The notes under the pieces were generated by a model, which was not told the origin of the DNA, did not search any database, and saw nothing but the letters and a program-made list of their open reading frames with translations. This document shows, piece by piece, positions 22,622 through 34,519 of a DNA stretch of 64,000 bases (the first letter of the stretch is position 1; each line of letters starts with the position of its first letter). Source of the DNA: Penicillus capitatus. Its lineage: Eukaryota; Plantae; Chlorophyta. Both the position numbers and the translations under genes were made by a program. The DNA lies in the NCBI GenBank assembly GCA_965649825.1, contig OZ287697.1:2156351-2220350 (forward strand), written 5' to 3'.

Positions 22622-24046
22622 ATGCCTGTGCATTTGCGTTTTGGCCGGGGCAAATTGAAATCGCCCGTGGAGCTCGTGACGAAAGTCAATGGAGCACTCA
22701 TCAGTCTGCGCGAAGCGAAAACGGAACGCGCAACGGAAAAGGCCATGGAGGACGTTTCACGTCACCTCGAGCAGATTAAAGTGGATGTCTCGCACAACAA
22801 TGCACTGTTCCATGCGTCCATACGACAGGTGACAATGCTCGGTCTCGATGATCAGCCACCCAGCAAAGAACAAGCTCAAAAACTCAACCACGAAGCAATA
22901 GAACATGACCTCGTTAAGCACCTCCTTGGACAGCTGAAGGAGTTGGAATTCGAGACACGCAAAGACGTGGGATTGGTCGTGGGAGCATTCCTGAGAATGA
23001 AGAATGGGGTCGGATGTCCCATGGCTGATTATCTGGCCCAACATCAAAACATCATGCGTTCATTGATGGACCGATATCGAACGCCTGGTGATCCACATCT
23101 TGGACTGATCTGTGGTGGCATCTTGCGAGACTGTATACGACATGAAAATCTCGCGAGGTCTTCTGAATGGCAAGAGTGAGAAAGTGTGATGTGGTGGATG
23201 ATAGAATGATTGCTGAATCTCCTCTGCTCTTGCGATTCTTCGTGGATATCGAGGAGAACAAGTTTGAAATAGCAGCCGATTCGTTCGCCACCTTTCGAGT
23301 GCGTCACAGACTTCCTGGTTATCTTAGCAAAATACGATGCACGGATGATGTGACAGGAACTCATTGTTCGCCACAAGGCATTGATGGCAGAAATACTGTG
23401 TCTCCGTTTCGATGAACTCTTTCCCGAAATGAACATCCTCATCCAATCCGAGAATTTCTTTATACGTCGGCAGACGCTCAAAGTACACATCCACTACTGC
23501 TGATCAGCAGAGGGGAGGGCCTTTGCGTGTGCACTAGTTATTGAGCGAAATCTTGGTGGATGAAGAGTATAGTAGAGTGGCTGGCAAGTATGTTCGCGAT
23601 GTTCAGAATTTGATGATGTTGATGAATCTGTTGCGCGATAAGTACGACAGTATTCAGTTCGAAGCCTTCCATTCCTTCAAGGTCGTTCAGTATCTCCAGG
23701 CAGAGAGTGCGTTCGTTCGTTCATGGAGAATGGCCTGCAGGTTTTTCTCGTGGGCGATGACAAGGCACCTGAAGTTCTGGACATCCTTCAGAAAAACAAA
23801 CAGAAGCTTCTTCAATTCTTGTCCACATTTCAAAAAGAGAAAGGTAAAGAGCAAAGGCATCCATAGAGGCACTCCGCTAAATGGATAGATGAATCCAAAG
23901 CAATTTGGGGACAATGCATACGAAGAGATCTCGTTCATTGTTTGGATAGATTGCAACAGAAAGAGCATGCATTCTCACACCTTTCTCACACTTTTGGCGC
24001 AATCTGTGTGTACGGAATCCAGTCTTTTGACGACGGAATCCGATAG
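22622..24046 (+). CDS. MO25: MO25/CAB39 family scaffold (3' end uncertain)
   Basis: KSPVELV; LEFETRKDV; CGGILRDCIRHENLA; FEIAADSFATF; LSEILVD; NLMMLMNLLRDKYDSIQFEAFHSFKV; NKQKLLQFLSTF. Confidence 0.88.
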
Positions 24047-24328
24047 GAAGGATTGCAACATCAAATCTCCATGCTCTCTTGGATGATGAGTGAGATCTGT
24101 GACAGGCATTCATCTTCCGTTTGTCATATATCACTCACTTCGCATTCAATGACACGTCATCATTCATGGAACAGTTTGCTTTCCATGGCAATCCGGTCAT
24201 GAAAGTGTGTCTGTAGCGGAGACGGACGAAGGTTTCGCTGATGAAAAAGAGTATGTCTGTGAATTGATTAAGAAGATCCCTGGCTGAAAGTTCCATTTCT
24301 TTCATTTACAACGTCGCTTGTATCATCT

Positions 24329-27300
24329 CTACACGTTTCGGAATGGAAGATGCGGACTCTGATTCGCGCTACTCGATGTGACTTTAAGGATCACTAAGGG
24401 AGACTGGATTTTGTTTTGTGTCAAAACAAGACGAGGTGCTTGTAGCTCTCCCTCAGAAACAGCTATAAACATCGCCTCTAACGTCGCGGAGGCAGAGGGC
24501 GACAAAGGCACGTAAACAGATCCGTGTAATGGAACACAGGCTTGCCATCCACTCTCTGGCAGAATCTCATAAGCGATTGACTCCTTGCTGTGGAGGGACC
24601 CTGACCGCTCCAACATCCAAGTCAGTGCAATGGGTGTGCCGGCGCTGATGGCTGGCGGCGGCAAGAGTGAGATTTTGAACAGGTCATTCTTGGGTCCTTC
24701 GCCACCCATCAAGACATCCAGCTCCAAGGGACATCTGAAATGACATGACTGCTCAGATGGGATCATCATCTCTGCGTCGCTTTCCACAGGTGGGAAGACA
24801 ATGTTGGACAGAATCGTATCTGTGCCAGACGACTGGAGGGGCTTATGATGGTCGAACAGTCGGGTTTTGTAGGACATGGAGAATTCCCCTGTGACGATCT
24901 GTTCATCGCTCTCCCGTGCAGAGGCCGCCAAGATCTTGGCTTCGTTCTTTGTCAATCGAAAGGCAATGTTCATAACCTCAGCTGGATGCAAAGCTGTGGG
25001 AAAGAGAGGTCCGATCAGAGCCGGACGGCAGTTCTGTTTTCGTGGACAGAAGAGCTCCAACTGAATAGATTCGATCTCGCAGCAGACAGGAAGTTGAGAA
25101 GCCAGACGGATCGTCACCAACATCGACGTGGCATTCATCTTGATGAAATTGGATTCGAAGCAAAAGGGACTCCATAGAGGGACACTGACAAGAGAGGCGT
25201 GGGATCGCCAGCAACCGAGAAAATATTCCAACTGTGTCTGAAGATGCACCGTGCCCTCCAGGTTCAGCGAAGCATCTGGCCGGCATTCGAAATCGCAGCC
25301 GTGCTCCAGTCGTGTCAAATCGGCAGAGAGCTGTCGCGTGAGAGAGGTCACAGGAGTGAGATCCATCAACATCCAGATCGCCAACATTCCTTTGTAGAGA
25401 AATCCAGGCGGCAGTGTTATCCTGCCATCGTCAATAGCAATCCATGCATCGATGCCATCCGTATCGCCGATGGATTTATTGGTGATGTTTGCCTGCTGAG
25501 GAAGATGCAAGGCATTGCTGGGATGGGTCACCGCAATGGTCAATGTCCCATGTTGTATGTCTGCTGTGTGCTGTCCCTTTAAAACGAGACCCATCCACTG
25601 AGACTGACCGCTAACCAGGCATCCCTGAGGCAAGACGACGAGGACTTCCATTCTCTGCAGGGCTGGTTCGACATGCAGCACCACTGCCTCGTGGAGAGCA
25701 GGACTGAGATATCCGAGTGCATCCGTCAGGTGGTATCTCTTTTTGGGATGGCAGATGGTCCAAGAAGGATGTGATACACTGCCTTCCTGTTTAAGCGGTA
25801 GGCAGAGAGATGTGCCCAGATACTCCCCTGTTAAATACATCAAAGCGTAGAACCCTTCGCGAATTGGACAGCACTGAAAAGACAGCTCCGTGACGCCAGG
25901 CTGCAGCGTGACTGTTTCCTGGTCTCCTTGAACGGTGCAGAAAAGCTGAAGAGAGGTCTTCTGAAGTTTATCCGTCGGCGGATCCTGCATCGAACGCATA
26001 CGATTCAGACGGGATTTGGGAAGATCTGCGCCGGCTAGGGCGAAGGTGGGGTCGCAGGTTCCATCAACCATAGATGTCATCGACCGTTCTCCGCTCAGCG
26101 AATCCTCTCCCACAATTGTCAGACAGATGACGACATTCTTCAAAGGGAGTGGCTCGCCCAGCGACGAGTGCACCTCGACGTCGATCGTTGCAACGTCCCC
26201 AGCATGAAGCAGCAGCGCCCCAGCGGGTGATTGGCCGCGCTCGTCGTCCTCTTGTCTCTGAACGGCAGGCGGCGCGAGAGATGGATCTTGACCTTCTTTC
26301 TCAAAGAGTTCGGATCGGCCATCATTCTTTGGCGCTATCTGCATCATCACACGATTTCGCCTGAGGAAAAGAGACCAGGGGAATCGATGTTGGGAAACTT
26401 GGATAGCAGGTGAGGTGTTGAGTGTTGCGTGCGCCATGGCTTCGGACGTTCCGATCTCGTGGGCACAGTTCGTAAAATCGGCCATCATTTTTCGTCGTTC
26501 ATCGACGTTTGTGCATTCCTGTGGAAGAGAGAGGTACGTCAAGCAGGTCGACATCAGTCGTTTAGGATCATCTCCTCGCAGGCAGGCACTTAACTGAGGC
26601 AATACATGTGCACTCAACACATTCCATCCTGAAACAACAGCATCTGCCATACACGGGGAAGCCCAGAAGTGTTTGCCATCTGACCTTCTCTCAGATACAT
26701 GTCGACCTTCATGTGATAGAGCTGCTGAGCTGCCGCAAGCAGACCATGATTCAGTAGGAGAGGCGCCACGTCCACTCTCAATAGAGCACTGGTCCTGAGG
26801 CGGCCACATCTGTTCACAAAAAGCAGCTGTTTGCAGAGAGCAAAGGAAAGAGGAGGAACCTGGCATAGCACCATGCAGCAGCGAGCGTCAGTTCGACGAA
26901 GAGATCCTCGTAGAGCTCTTCCGAAGCCAAAGCACGGCGCACGCGCCAGTCCACCACCCAACTGAGTTTCTCGGGGATCACGAGCGATTGCAGGGCGCCT
27001 TGATAGGAGTCACTGCTCGCTTCGGGATTGAACCCAGAACCGCCCAACTGCAGCACACGATCATCTTCACGGCAGCATCTCACAAACATCGACAGACCGC
27101 ATGAGATGCCAAGCTCCTGGGAGAGCTAGGGTCCATGGAGTGCATGGGTCTACCCAGTGGCTGATCCAAACTCGACATGACGCTCTCCGAAGGCGGAAGG
27201 GATCCTGCATAGAACGATGACCCTGCCACCGAATGCAGCGTCAGGTTGATGCCGTCTCCAAGGTGTGAGCTGTTCATGGGCGTCATAGTCGTCTCATAGC

Positions 27301-29530
27301 TGATCACCGAAGCGTTGTCCTCTTCCTCATCTCGTCGCATTTCGTTCGGCCTGTTGTCTCCTTCAGAAGGAATGGAGACGAAGGAGCCGCCTGATCCATG
27401 AGGGGAGTCTGGAGGCGTTGTCAGAATCTGCACCACTGTGTTCTTGCGACTGTGTCGTGGAGTATTGTTGGCCAGTCCTGCTCGCGTCATCCAGGATGGC
27501 ATTCCTTCCGCATCGAAGGACAGATGTCCATCGCTCCCAACTGACAAATCCTGCTGAGACGTCATGCGACGACCTGATACACGTTTCTGCAATGTCTCGA
27601 TGAGGGAGGACGTTCTCTGGACAGAGACACTCAGTCGACGCGTGGAATCCATCGAGGCATTCCGTGATGCCGATAGACAGACTGGAGTGAACGAAGGCAG
27701 CATGTCGGCATGAAACCCTCCCAGACCTTCTCCTGGCATCGTTCCCATTGCGATCTCGCCGTAGATGGCGTCGAAAATCCGACGAAGCTCTTCGCGAGCA
27801 CTGGCGTAGAGATGGCCTAGAGAGGAATAGAATCGCCAGTGACGTACGTCTCTGAGACGATGGGTATTGCGTCGGAGATGTCCGCCTAGACTATCGAAAT
27901 CCAAATCGGCAGTGACATCCTCCAAACCACACACTCCCACATCCCAGTCGACTTCACTCAACTGAATTCTGGCCTTCTCTGCTGTATCCTGTCCATACCA
28001 GGTGCCTGGTCTGCTCTGCATCTCGTGATCGTGTGCACTGTAGAACTTGGCAGATGTGGAAGCCACTGAAAGACAGGCACTAAATGCCCAAACCTATTGA
28101 CCAGTCATAACCACACATGTCACACGGTAGATGGTCTGATGTGCGAGTAAGTACCTCTCTGAAATACGGATGCAGTCCAATTTCGTGTTCCCTTTCGGAG
28201 ATGAGCTTTGAGAAGTCTTGGATGAATTTTAGTCCACGGTCGACGACTTCCGTCGGACGATTGAGGCGATAGAGCAGTCGTGCTTTGGCCGAAAAGAGAT
28301 ACTGTCGCAGCTTGAACTCTTTGAGCGGTTTATTGGCTAGAACAGACTGATGGACCGATTTCCACGTCGCTGTCATCAGGACAGCAACATCGTCTCCCTT
28401 CTCGTCCCCTCCTGCCAGTCCAATGCTGACAGAAATCCTCCAGTCGGTGAGCATCTCTTACCAAATGACTGGCCATAAAGGGATCCCCCTTCCTCCAATG
28501 CCTCGATGCATGCTGCTTCGAGTTCATAATATTCCCTCAGTGCGTCTTCCAACAACCGGACGCCTTCCAGCATCAAAGCAAGACTATCCTTTACCAGAAA
28601 GAGTGTTCCAAAGTTTCCCCTTCTCTCCATTCGATGACTCATGAGCTTGCGTGCCTGGCAATGCCATCTCGCATGAAGTGTGAGATTCAGTGGTTACACT
28701 TCTTCATCGTATGCCGTCTGTCGTGTCTGAAAGGCAACGCGAATGCAGTTCTTGATGCAATTCTCCAGCGCATCGAGACCCACGATCATTCCTTGAGCGT
28801 CCTTCAGCTGTGTGGCATCGTAGAGATCCAACCGAACGCATCTCTCGTATGATTTCTTGGGATTGAAATCGTCTTTGATCTTTTCGAAGACCTACACGTG
28901 GTCGCTCCTTGTCGATCCTCGCAGATATAGTTGGTCTCTTAACCTTCTTGGGTCCCTTTGCTTGAGGATCGGCTTCGGGTGGACGAATGTAGGCAATGAG
29001 TGTCTCACACATCGCCTCCATCGTTCCACGGTTTCCATTCACCATCATATTGAGCCGCGGTCTCAAACTCGCCTTGTAATCTGTCGTCTCCGATGCCGTC
29101 ACCTAATTCTTAACTCCGTCGAAGAGATTGGGGATTTTGCAACGGATCACACAATAATGATGTGACAGTATGGTAGACGGAACCATGACGTAGGATTATT
29201 CTGGCTCTGGCGCAGACGCTGTATGCGTTGATGTTTGATGGGCAGAAATCTAAGCAAGACATGCCATCCATGAAATAGTGATGTGACGTAAGGGTCGGTG
29301 GCCACTCGATATCCAATTCATCCACCGTGACCATTTTCTTAAATTTGTTCTCGAAGCTGACATCGGTAAGAGGGAGTCGCACCCCGAGTGCCTAGAAAAG
29401 GACGTCGCTGGCGAAAGCATCCACAGAAGAGGTGGTGCTCTGCCTCCTGTATGGGTGGCCAGAGCTCTCGCCCTGTAATATCCTCAAAGCAAACGAGCAG
29501 TTTGCTCAGACCGCCGCCACTATCGACCAT
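24329..29530 (-). CDS. TRAPPC10: TRAPP II subunit TRS130/TRAPPC10 (multi-exon)
   Basis: N-terminal CFEDITGRELWPPIQEA; DYKASLRPRL; FGTLFLVKDSLALMLEGVRLLEDALREYYELE; EFKLRQYLFSAKARLL; long C-terminal exon 24329-26866 with Ig-like TRAPPC10 strands. Confidence 0.85.
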
Positions 29531-29754
29531 CGACGACCGCAACATCTGACGGAACCGAAAGGCAAAAGTGTACGACAGACACATCAGACGACCAAGCGCA
29601 TTTCGAGAAGAAGCAGACGATAAACGCGTTACACATGATTTCTCACACATTGTCTAGAACAACAGCATTCATACATCTATCTCATTTGTGTGACTTGATG
29701 CGACAGACAAGACGTCTGTCCTTCGGCGTGACAGCGACTGGGACGTCAAGATCT

Positions 29755-30233
29755 TCACCCTTCTTCCATTCGGCTGTTCTCGAGTTCGATGAAGCGACGT
29801 ATCTCCTGAGGAAAAGAGTGAGATGAAAGGTCACTCTTTGTCTTAAGATTTACGGCGATGGATGGTGGTATGTTTGGAGGATCCTCTCGGATAAACCCGG
29901 CATGGATGTCCCCCGATTCTCTCCACCTAACCCTGACATCATCTTCACTTTCTAGCCTGGAAAACGGTTTTGCCGAAGGACAACGACATCCAGGTGGGTA
30001 CTCACTGGTCACTGTCACGACGGACACACGGTTTCAAGTCGTGCTTATCCCATTCGACTGTTCCTAGCTGCATCTAATTCGCCTCGAAGGGTCGAAGGAG
30101 AGAGGAGACCGACCACGTAGAAGTTCTCAGTCGTCTTCAGGATTTGGCATTTGAACCAGATATCGTATTCCGGGTCAAAATGCATAACATAGTCGCCTTT
30201 GTTCAGCAGGCCGATCGCTTTGTCGTTCTTCAT
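29755..30233 (-). CDS. Small hypothetical protein with a possible Tudor/chromo-barrel-like N-terminus
   Basis: MKNDKAIGLLNKGDYVMHFDPEYDIWFKCQILKTTENFYV resembles a Tudor-knot beta-barrel. Plausible GT-AG introns link to VRVRWRESG. The 3' end is uncertain. Confidence 0.35.
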
Positions 30234-30559
30234 TTTCGCACGCTTGTGGTTTTAGTCGTGCGCGATGACGTCACATCCCGCAGGTCAGAAAACAGATGCT
30301 TGGTCATGCCATACGATGGTTAGCGACCTAGCAGTCCGAAGGGCCGTCAGATTTGGGGAATTTCGAGTCAGGATGCATAAACGCACGTCATCGTTACCGC
30401 TACAAAGTGGAGTTATCTCACTACGCATCCTAGAAACTGACAGCAGTACTTCAGCGCCTAGCAAAGTGGTGCGTTGCTTCCTAGACTGCTTTTTCACAGA
30501 AATGCCCCACGCAGCAGAAGTAACGTCTCAAAGATTGCTCGTCGCTTTCGCTTAGAGCC

Positions 30560-31823
30560 ATGAGGCTTGGCAGGAAAGTAAGCGTTTCTGGATGCGCCGT
30601 CCGCGGCGAAGAGATTCCATGTCGCACTCGACAACAGACACGCAGTTTACGGACACATTGACGGAGGACTTTATTCCCCGAAGCTCGACGGCAGACCGGT
30701 AGGAACACTCTCCGTGTGACATGACCGTCGTTAGTTAGAGTGCTGTCTTCCTTGGAGAATCGGTCGAGCCAGACGCCGCTCAGGACGACTTCACAGGACG
30801 AAATCGGATTGGAAGCCTCCGAAAGGCACGGAACATATCCTTCCGCCACGTCTGGAGAAAAAAATCTTTGCTTTGGCCGAAACGTCGGGGAACATGAAAC
30901 GCATGTCCGTTGAGCTGGACACTCATCAGAAGTGTGTAACCAATCTGGCGGCCACAGTTGTAAGTCCTTTCTCCACGGACGATCGGCCACAAGAGCCTTG
31001 CCGATAGGTGCGCCAAAATAATCAAATCCGCGAACTGAAGCGGCACATCAAGGAGCTTGTGGCCCTTCTGGAAACCACGCATGGACACACGCCTTCGTGT
31101 ATGGACACATCGTTGACGGATCTGTCAGATAGCCCATGCAGTAGCACCTCGACGCCTGAAAGCCAAATCTCAAGCCCGTCGGAGTTTTCCAAAGAGGATG
31201 ACGACCGCGATACAGTTTTGCACATCGATAAAGAGAAATCAGAGTATTCACAAGTATACATACATACATACATACATACACCATCTCTGTCCTATCGCCC
31301 ATGCGCATCGTATTCTCGGTCTGTCTGTTTCAGGAGACGGGGGAAGATGTGGTTGTGGCTGCCATGACAGCCACGACGAACGAAGTGAATGACGATAACA
31401 GTCGCCACGATCGACGCTGTTCGACGTCCACCAGGCATCCCATGCCGACGGTGACGCATGTAGAGATTGACTGCAGTAGTACCTCGGAATGATGATATAC
31501 TTTGGTGGCAAAGTCCTTCGTGATACGTAAACAATGTCCTAAAGCGGCAGAAGAAGAATGTGGCGTCTTTGCCATTCCGATCCATATAGCACTCGATTTG
31601 GAACCCATTACTTGTGCACCGAACATTTTGTGGCGTACTTGCGCATGGAGGCCTTCTCCGTATGAAGGAGGACGCTTGGATCCCGTTGTTTCTGAAAGCG
31701 ATGCTCAGAATACATGCACGTATCATCATCGGCAGTGTTTCTGGGATTTTGTATGCTCATCTCTGTTGGCGGCAAATCTGTTCGCTTTATGATCATAAAG
31801 AACGGGCAATAAGCGTATGTTAG
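30560..31823 (+). CDS. Hypothetical protein: coiled coil, Ser-rich region, possible C-terminal TM segment
   Basis: Spliceable exons LEKKIFALAETSGNMKRMSVELDTHQKCVTNLAATV|VRQNNQIRELKRHIKELVALLE...; hydrophobic IIIGSVSGILYAHLCW near the end. Boundaries are uncertain. Confidence 0.35.
31256..31280. repeat. (TACA)n microsatellite inside an intron
   Basis: gtatacatacatacatacatacatacacc directly follows a splice donor. Confidence 0.8.
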
Positions 31824-32344
31824 CCCGGCTAGCAGGTGTGATCTGGTTTCTTATTTCTATTAGCCTCAGCTGCCGTAGTCAACACTTTGCCATTCAATTT
31901 CTCGGAAATAAATAAATCTAGATGATGTACCTATCCATCCATCCGTGTATGTACGTACCCGCGTCCGTATCCAACTCAACCAAGCTCTATTTCTGCGAAG
32001 ACATACATAACATGTCTTTCAAATCCGTCAGTGATAAACCTCTCCTATATGCTGTGATCGATTCCGCAATACCCCAGTGCATTGCTCGGATGAAGAGGAT
32101 GAGGTCTTGCGTTGTGTAAATTTAATCAAATCCTGTCCATACGTATGATTGATGGTCCGTCCATCGACGCCAATAACGAAACAGCGTTTCCCTTACAACC
32201 AAGCAGCTAGCCATTCCTCATGTCATTGTGGCACAGAACGTGTTCGTTCGTTCGTGCGTTCTCTAGATGCAAGCGATGGCGGTGACGGCACATTGCGAGA
32301 TCTCCCACTCATTGCACGTCATGCACAAACGTCTGTGTACTGTG

Positions 32345-33647
32345 TTATGAGTTGAATGTGTGATGTTCTTCTTGTCGCCGTCGTCGCTGTCCTCGTTGCT
32401 GTGAAGATGAGATCTTGTTGGCTACCCACTCATACACAACAAAACTGGTGGCATTGGCAATCACACTGCGCACCATACAGGGACTGAATCCTCTGTACAG
32501 GCCCCTTAGACCTTCTGCCTGGATCGTCTCATTCCATACAGCATCGATCAGAAAGGATGCAGAAGAGTGAGATGGTGTGTACTTTACGGAAACAGTCATA
32601 GATGCCACGGTATGTCGGACGGTGTACATCATCTGTCTGAATCTTGCTTTTGACGACATCGAAGGGATAACAGAGAAACCAGAAGGCAGCGCCACCGATA
32701 CCGCCAGCCGCCGCCAGAGACACTTGATCTAGTTCAGACGGACTCTCAAGTCCCTGCAACCAATCTCACTCTTCTCATGGACGCACGCATTGCAGTGAAC
32801 GCAGCAGGACCTTGATGGAAGTAAAGTAACTCCGTAGGGCTTCATAGCATCCAAACATCGCCATGTTTCCAGGAATCTCACGTAGTAGTGTGATGCCCAT
32901 GCCACGGTAGAGAGCGATGGGTCCACCTTCTCGTTGCACGACGTGACGGGCCACATCCATAGGTCCACGATAGAGCTTAACGGTGGACGGATCGATGCCT
33001 GCTGCCACCAATCGAGCCTCTGCTGTGGCAAAACTCCCCTGCGCTTGCAATCGGCATTTCAGAAGCTCCGTTGGTGTTGCGACGAAGGAAACGGCAAACC
33101 CTGCGCCTGCACCGGCCAATGTCTGATCCCAAATCGTTAACGGCGATCCTGATGTCACACTCTTCTCACACATTACCATTGACGAGTATCCCGACCGTCA
33201 GAATGACGGAGAATGTACTCCGTGAAGCCTCTCGCCGAGAAGAGCACAGCATTAAAGGCAGCGACCGTTGCCAGAGGTGGTCCCAGTCCACGATAGAAGC
33301 CTTGAATCCCTTCCTTCCCAAAGGTCTGCCGTGAAATCATGAAGTCATTCATAAACACATTGGTGCATGGTTTCCAATCACACCTTCAAAATGGCGTCCC
33401 ATCCACCTGAATACTGTCCCCCACTCACCTGACTCTGCAACTTCACCTACCAACATCGCTCACGTCACATCAACCGGCAGCGTTCGCTTTGGGACTTTGA
33501 TCGTATCCAAGGGATGCCCGACGAACACTTGAGCAGCGCCTGCGATCGATCCGGCTACGAGATCCTAGTGCGGGACGCCTTTTTTGTTTCGTTCTTTTGA
33601 GGTGGTAAACGTACGGTCGTGACTTTGGAGGCGCCGTCGTTTGTCAT
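32345..33647 (-). CDS. Mitochondrial carrier (SLC25), carnitine/acylcarnitine/BOU-like
   Basis: Three carrier repeats: [37 protein letters not shown]. Also [21 protein letters not shown] and [21 protein letters not shown]. Confidence 0.92.
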
Positions 33648-33752
33648 GTCGCTTTCTTGTTTCTCCTCTTCGTGATGGGACGTGTTGCGTCCATCTGCTG
33701 CGACTTACGTTCGAAGGAGGTGGAAAAGTTGACGACGCCATAAACCAACGCC

Positions 33753-34421
33753 ATGAATCTCGACGAGCCCAGATGGATGGAAATCGGCCAGCGCGCCTCA
33801 TGGTTTGTCTCGACGGCTAAACCAGGCAACGGCGTTGAGCTCATGCGCGACGGCAATACAAATACTTACTGGCAATCAGACGGCAACCAGCCTCACCTTA
33901 TCGATATCAAATTCAATTGCAGAGTTCGCCTCGTTGTACGGTCGCCTCTATCACTCGACATCCATTGTTCCGCTTTCTTCTCCTTCAGGAGTTGCAAGTG
34001 TACTTTGACTATCGCCAGGACGAGAGCTACACGCCGAGTCGCATTTGTATTCGCGCAGGAAGTTCGCACAACGATTTGAAGGTGCAAGAATGAGTGAGAT
34101 GAGCGACGGTTGTGATGTGTGAGATGTATGAAGGATGTGATCAAGCATGAATTCCATGAACCGAAGGGCTGGCAGAAAATCTCATTTCAGCAGCTTCATG
34201 GAATGGAAATGCAAGACCCGGAATCCGTTTTCAAAGCCAAGCGTCTGCAGATTGCTATTCTCTCTAACCACCAGAATGGGCGTGACAGTCATGTGCGCCA
34301 GATTAGGATCTTGGGGCCAAAGCGCGAGCCTGCGGAGCTCTCTTCGTCACGCCCTCAGGATGGATCGATAGAAAAGGCGCCTCTTGAGGAGAAGCGCGAA
34401 CGGCGATGCAAGATCGTATAG
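33753..34421 (+). CDS. APC10: Anaphase-promoting complex subunit 10 (DOC1)
   Basis: [36 protein letters not shown]; DESYTPSRI; [19 protein letters not shown]. Confidence 0.95.
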
Positions 34422-34519
34422 AACCAGAAGGACAGTGTACGTCAAACGTGTAACCGTTTAGTAAGAGAAGCACTTCTTGGTCCGCTCGCACACGTCACGT
34501 CGTCGTATCGATTGACGCA

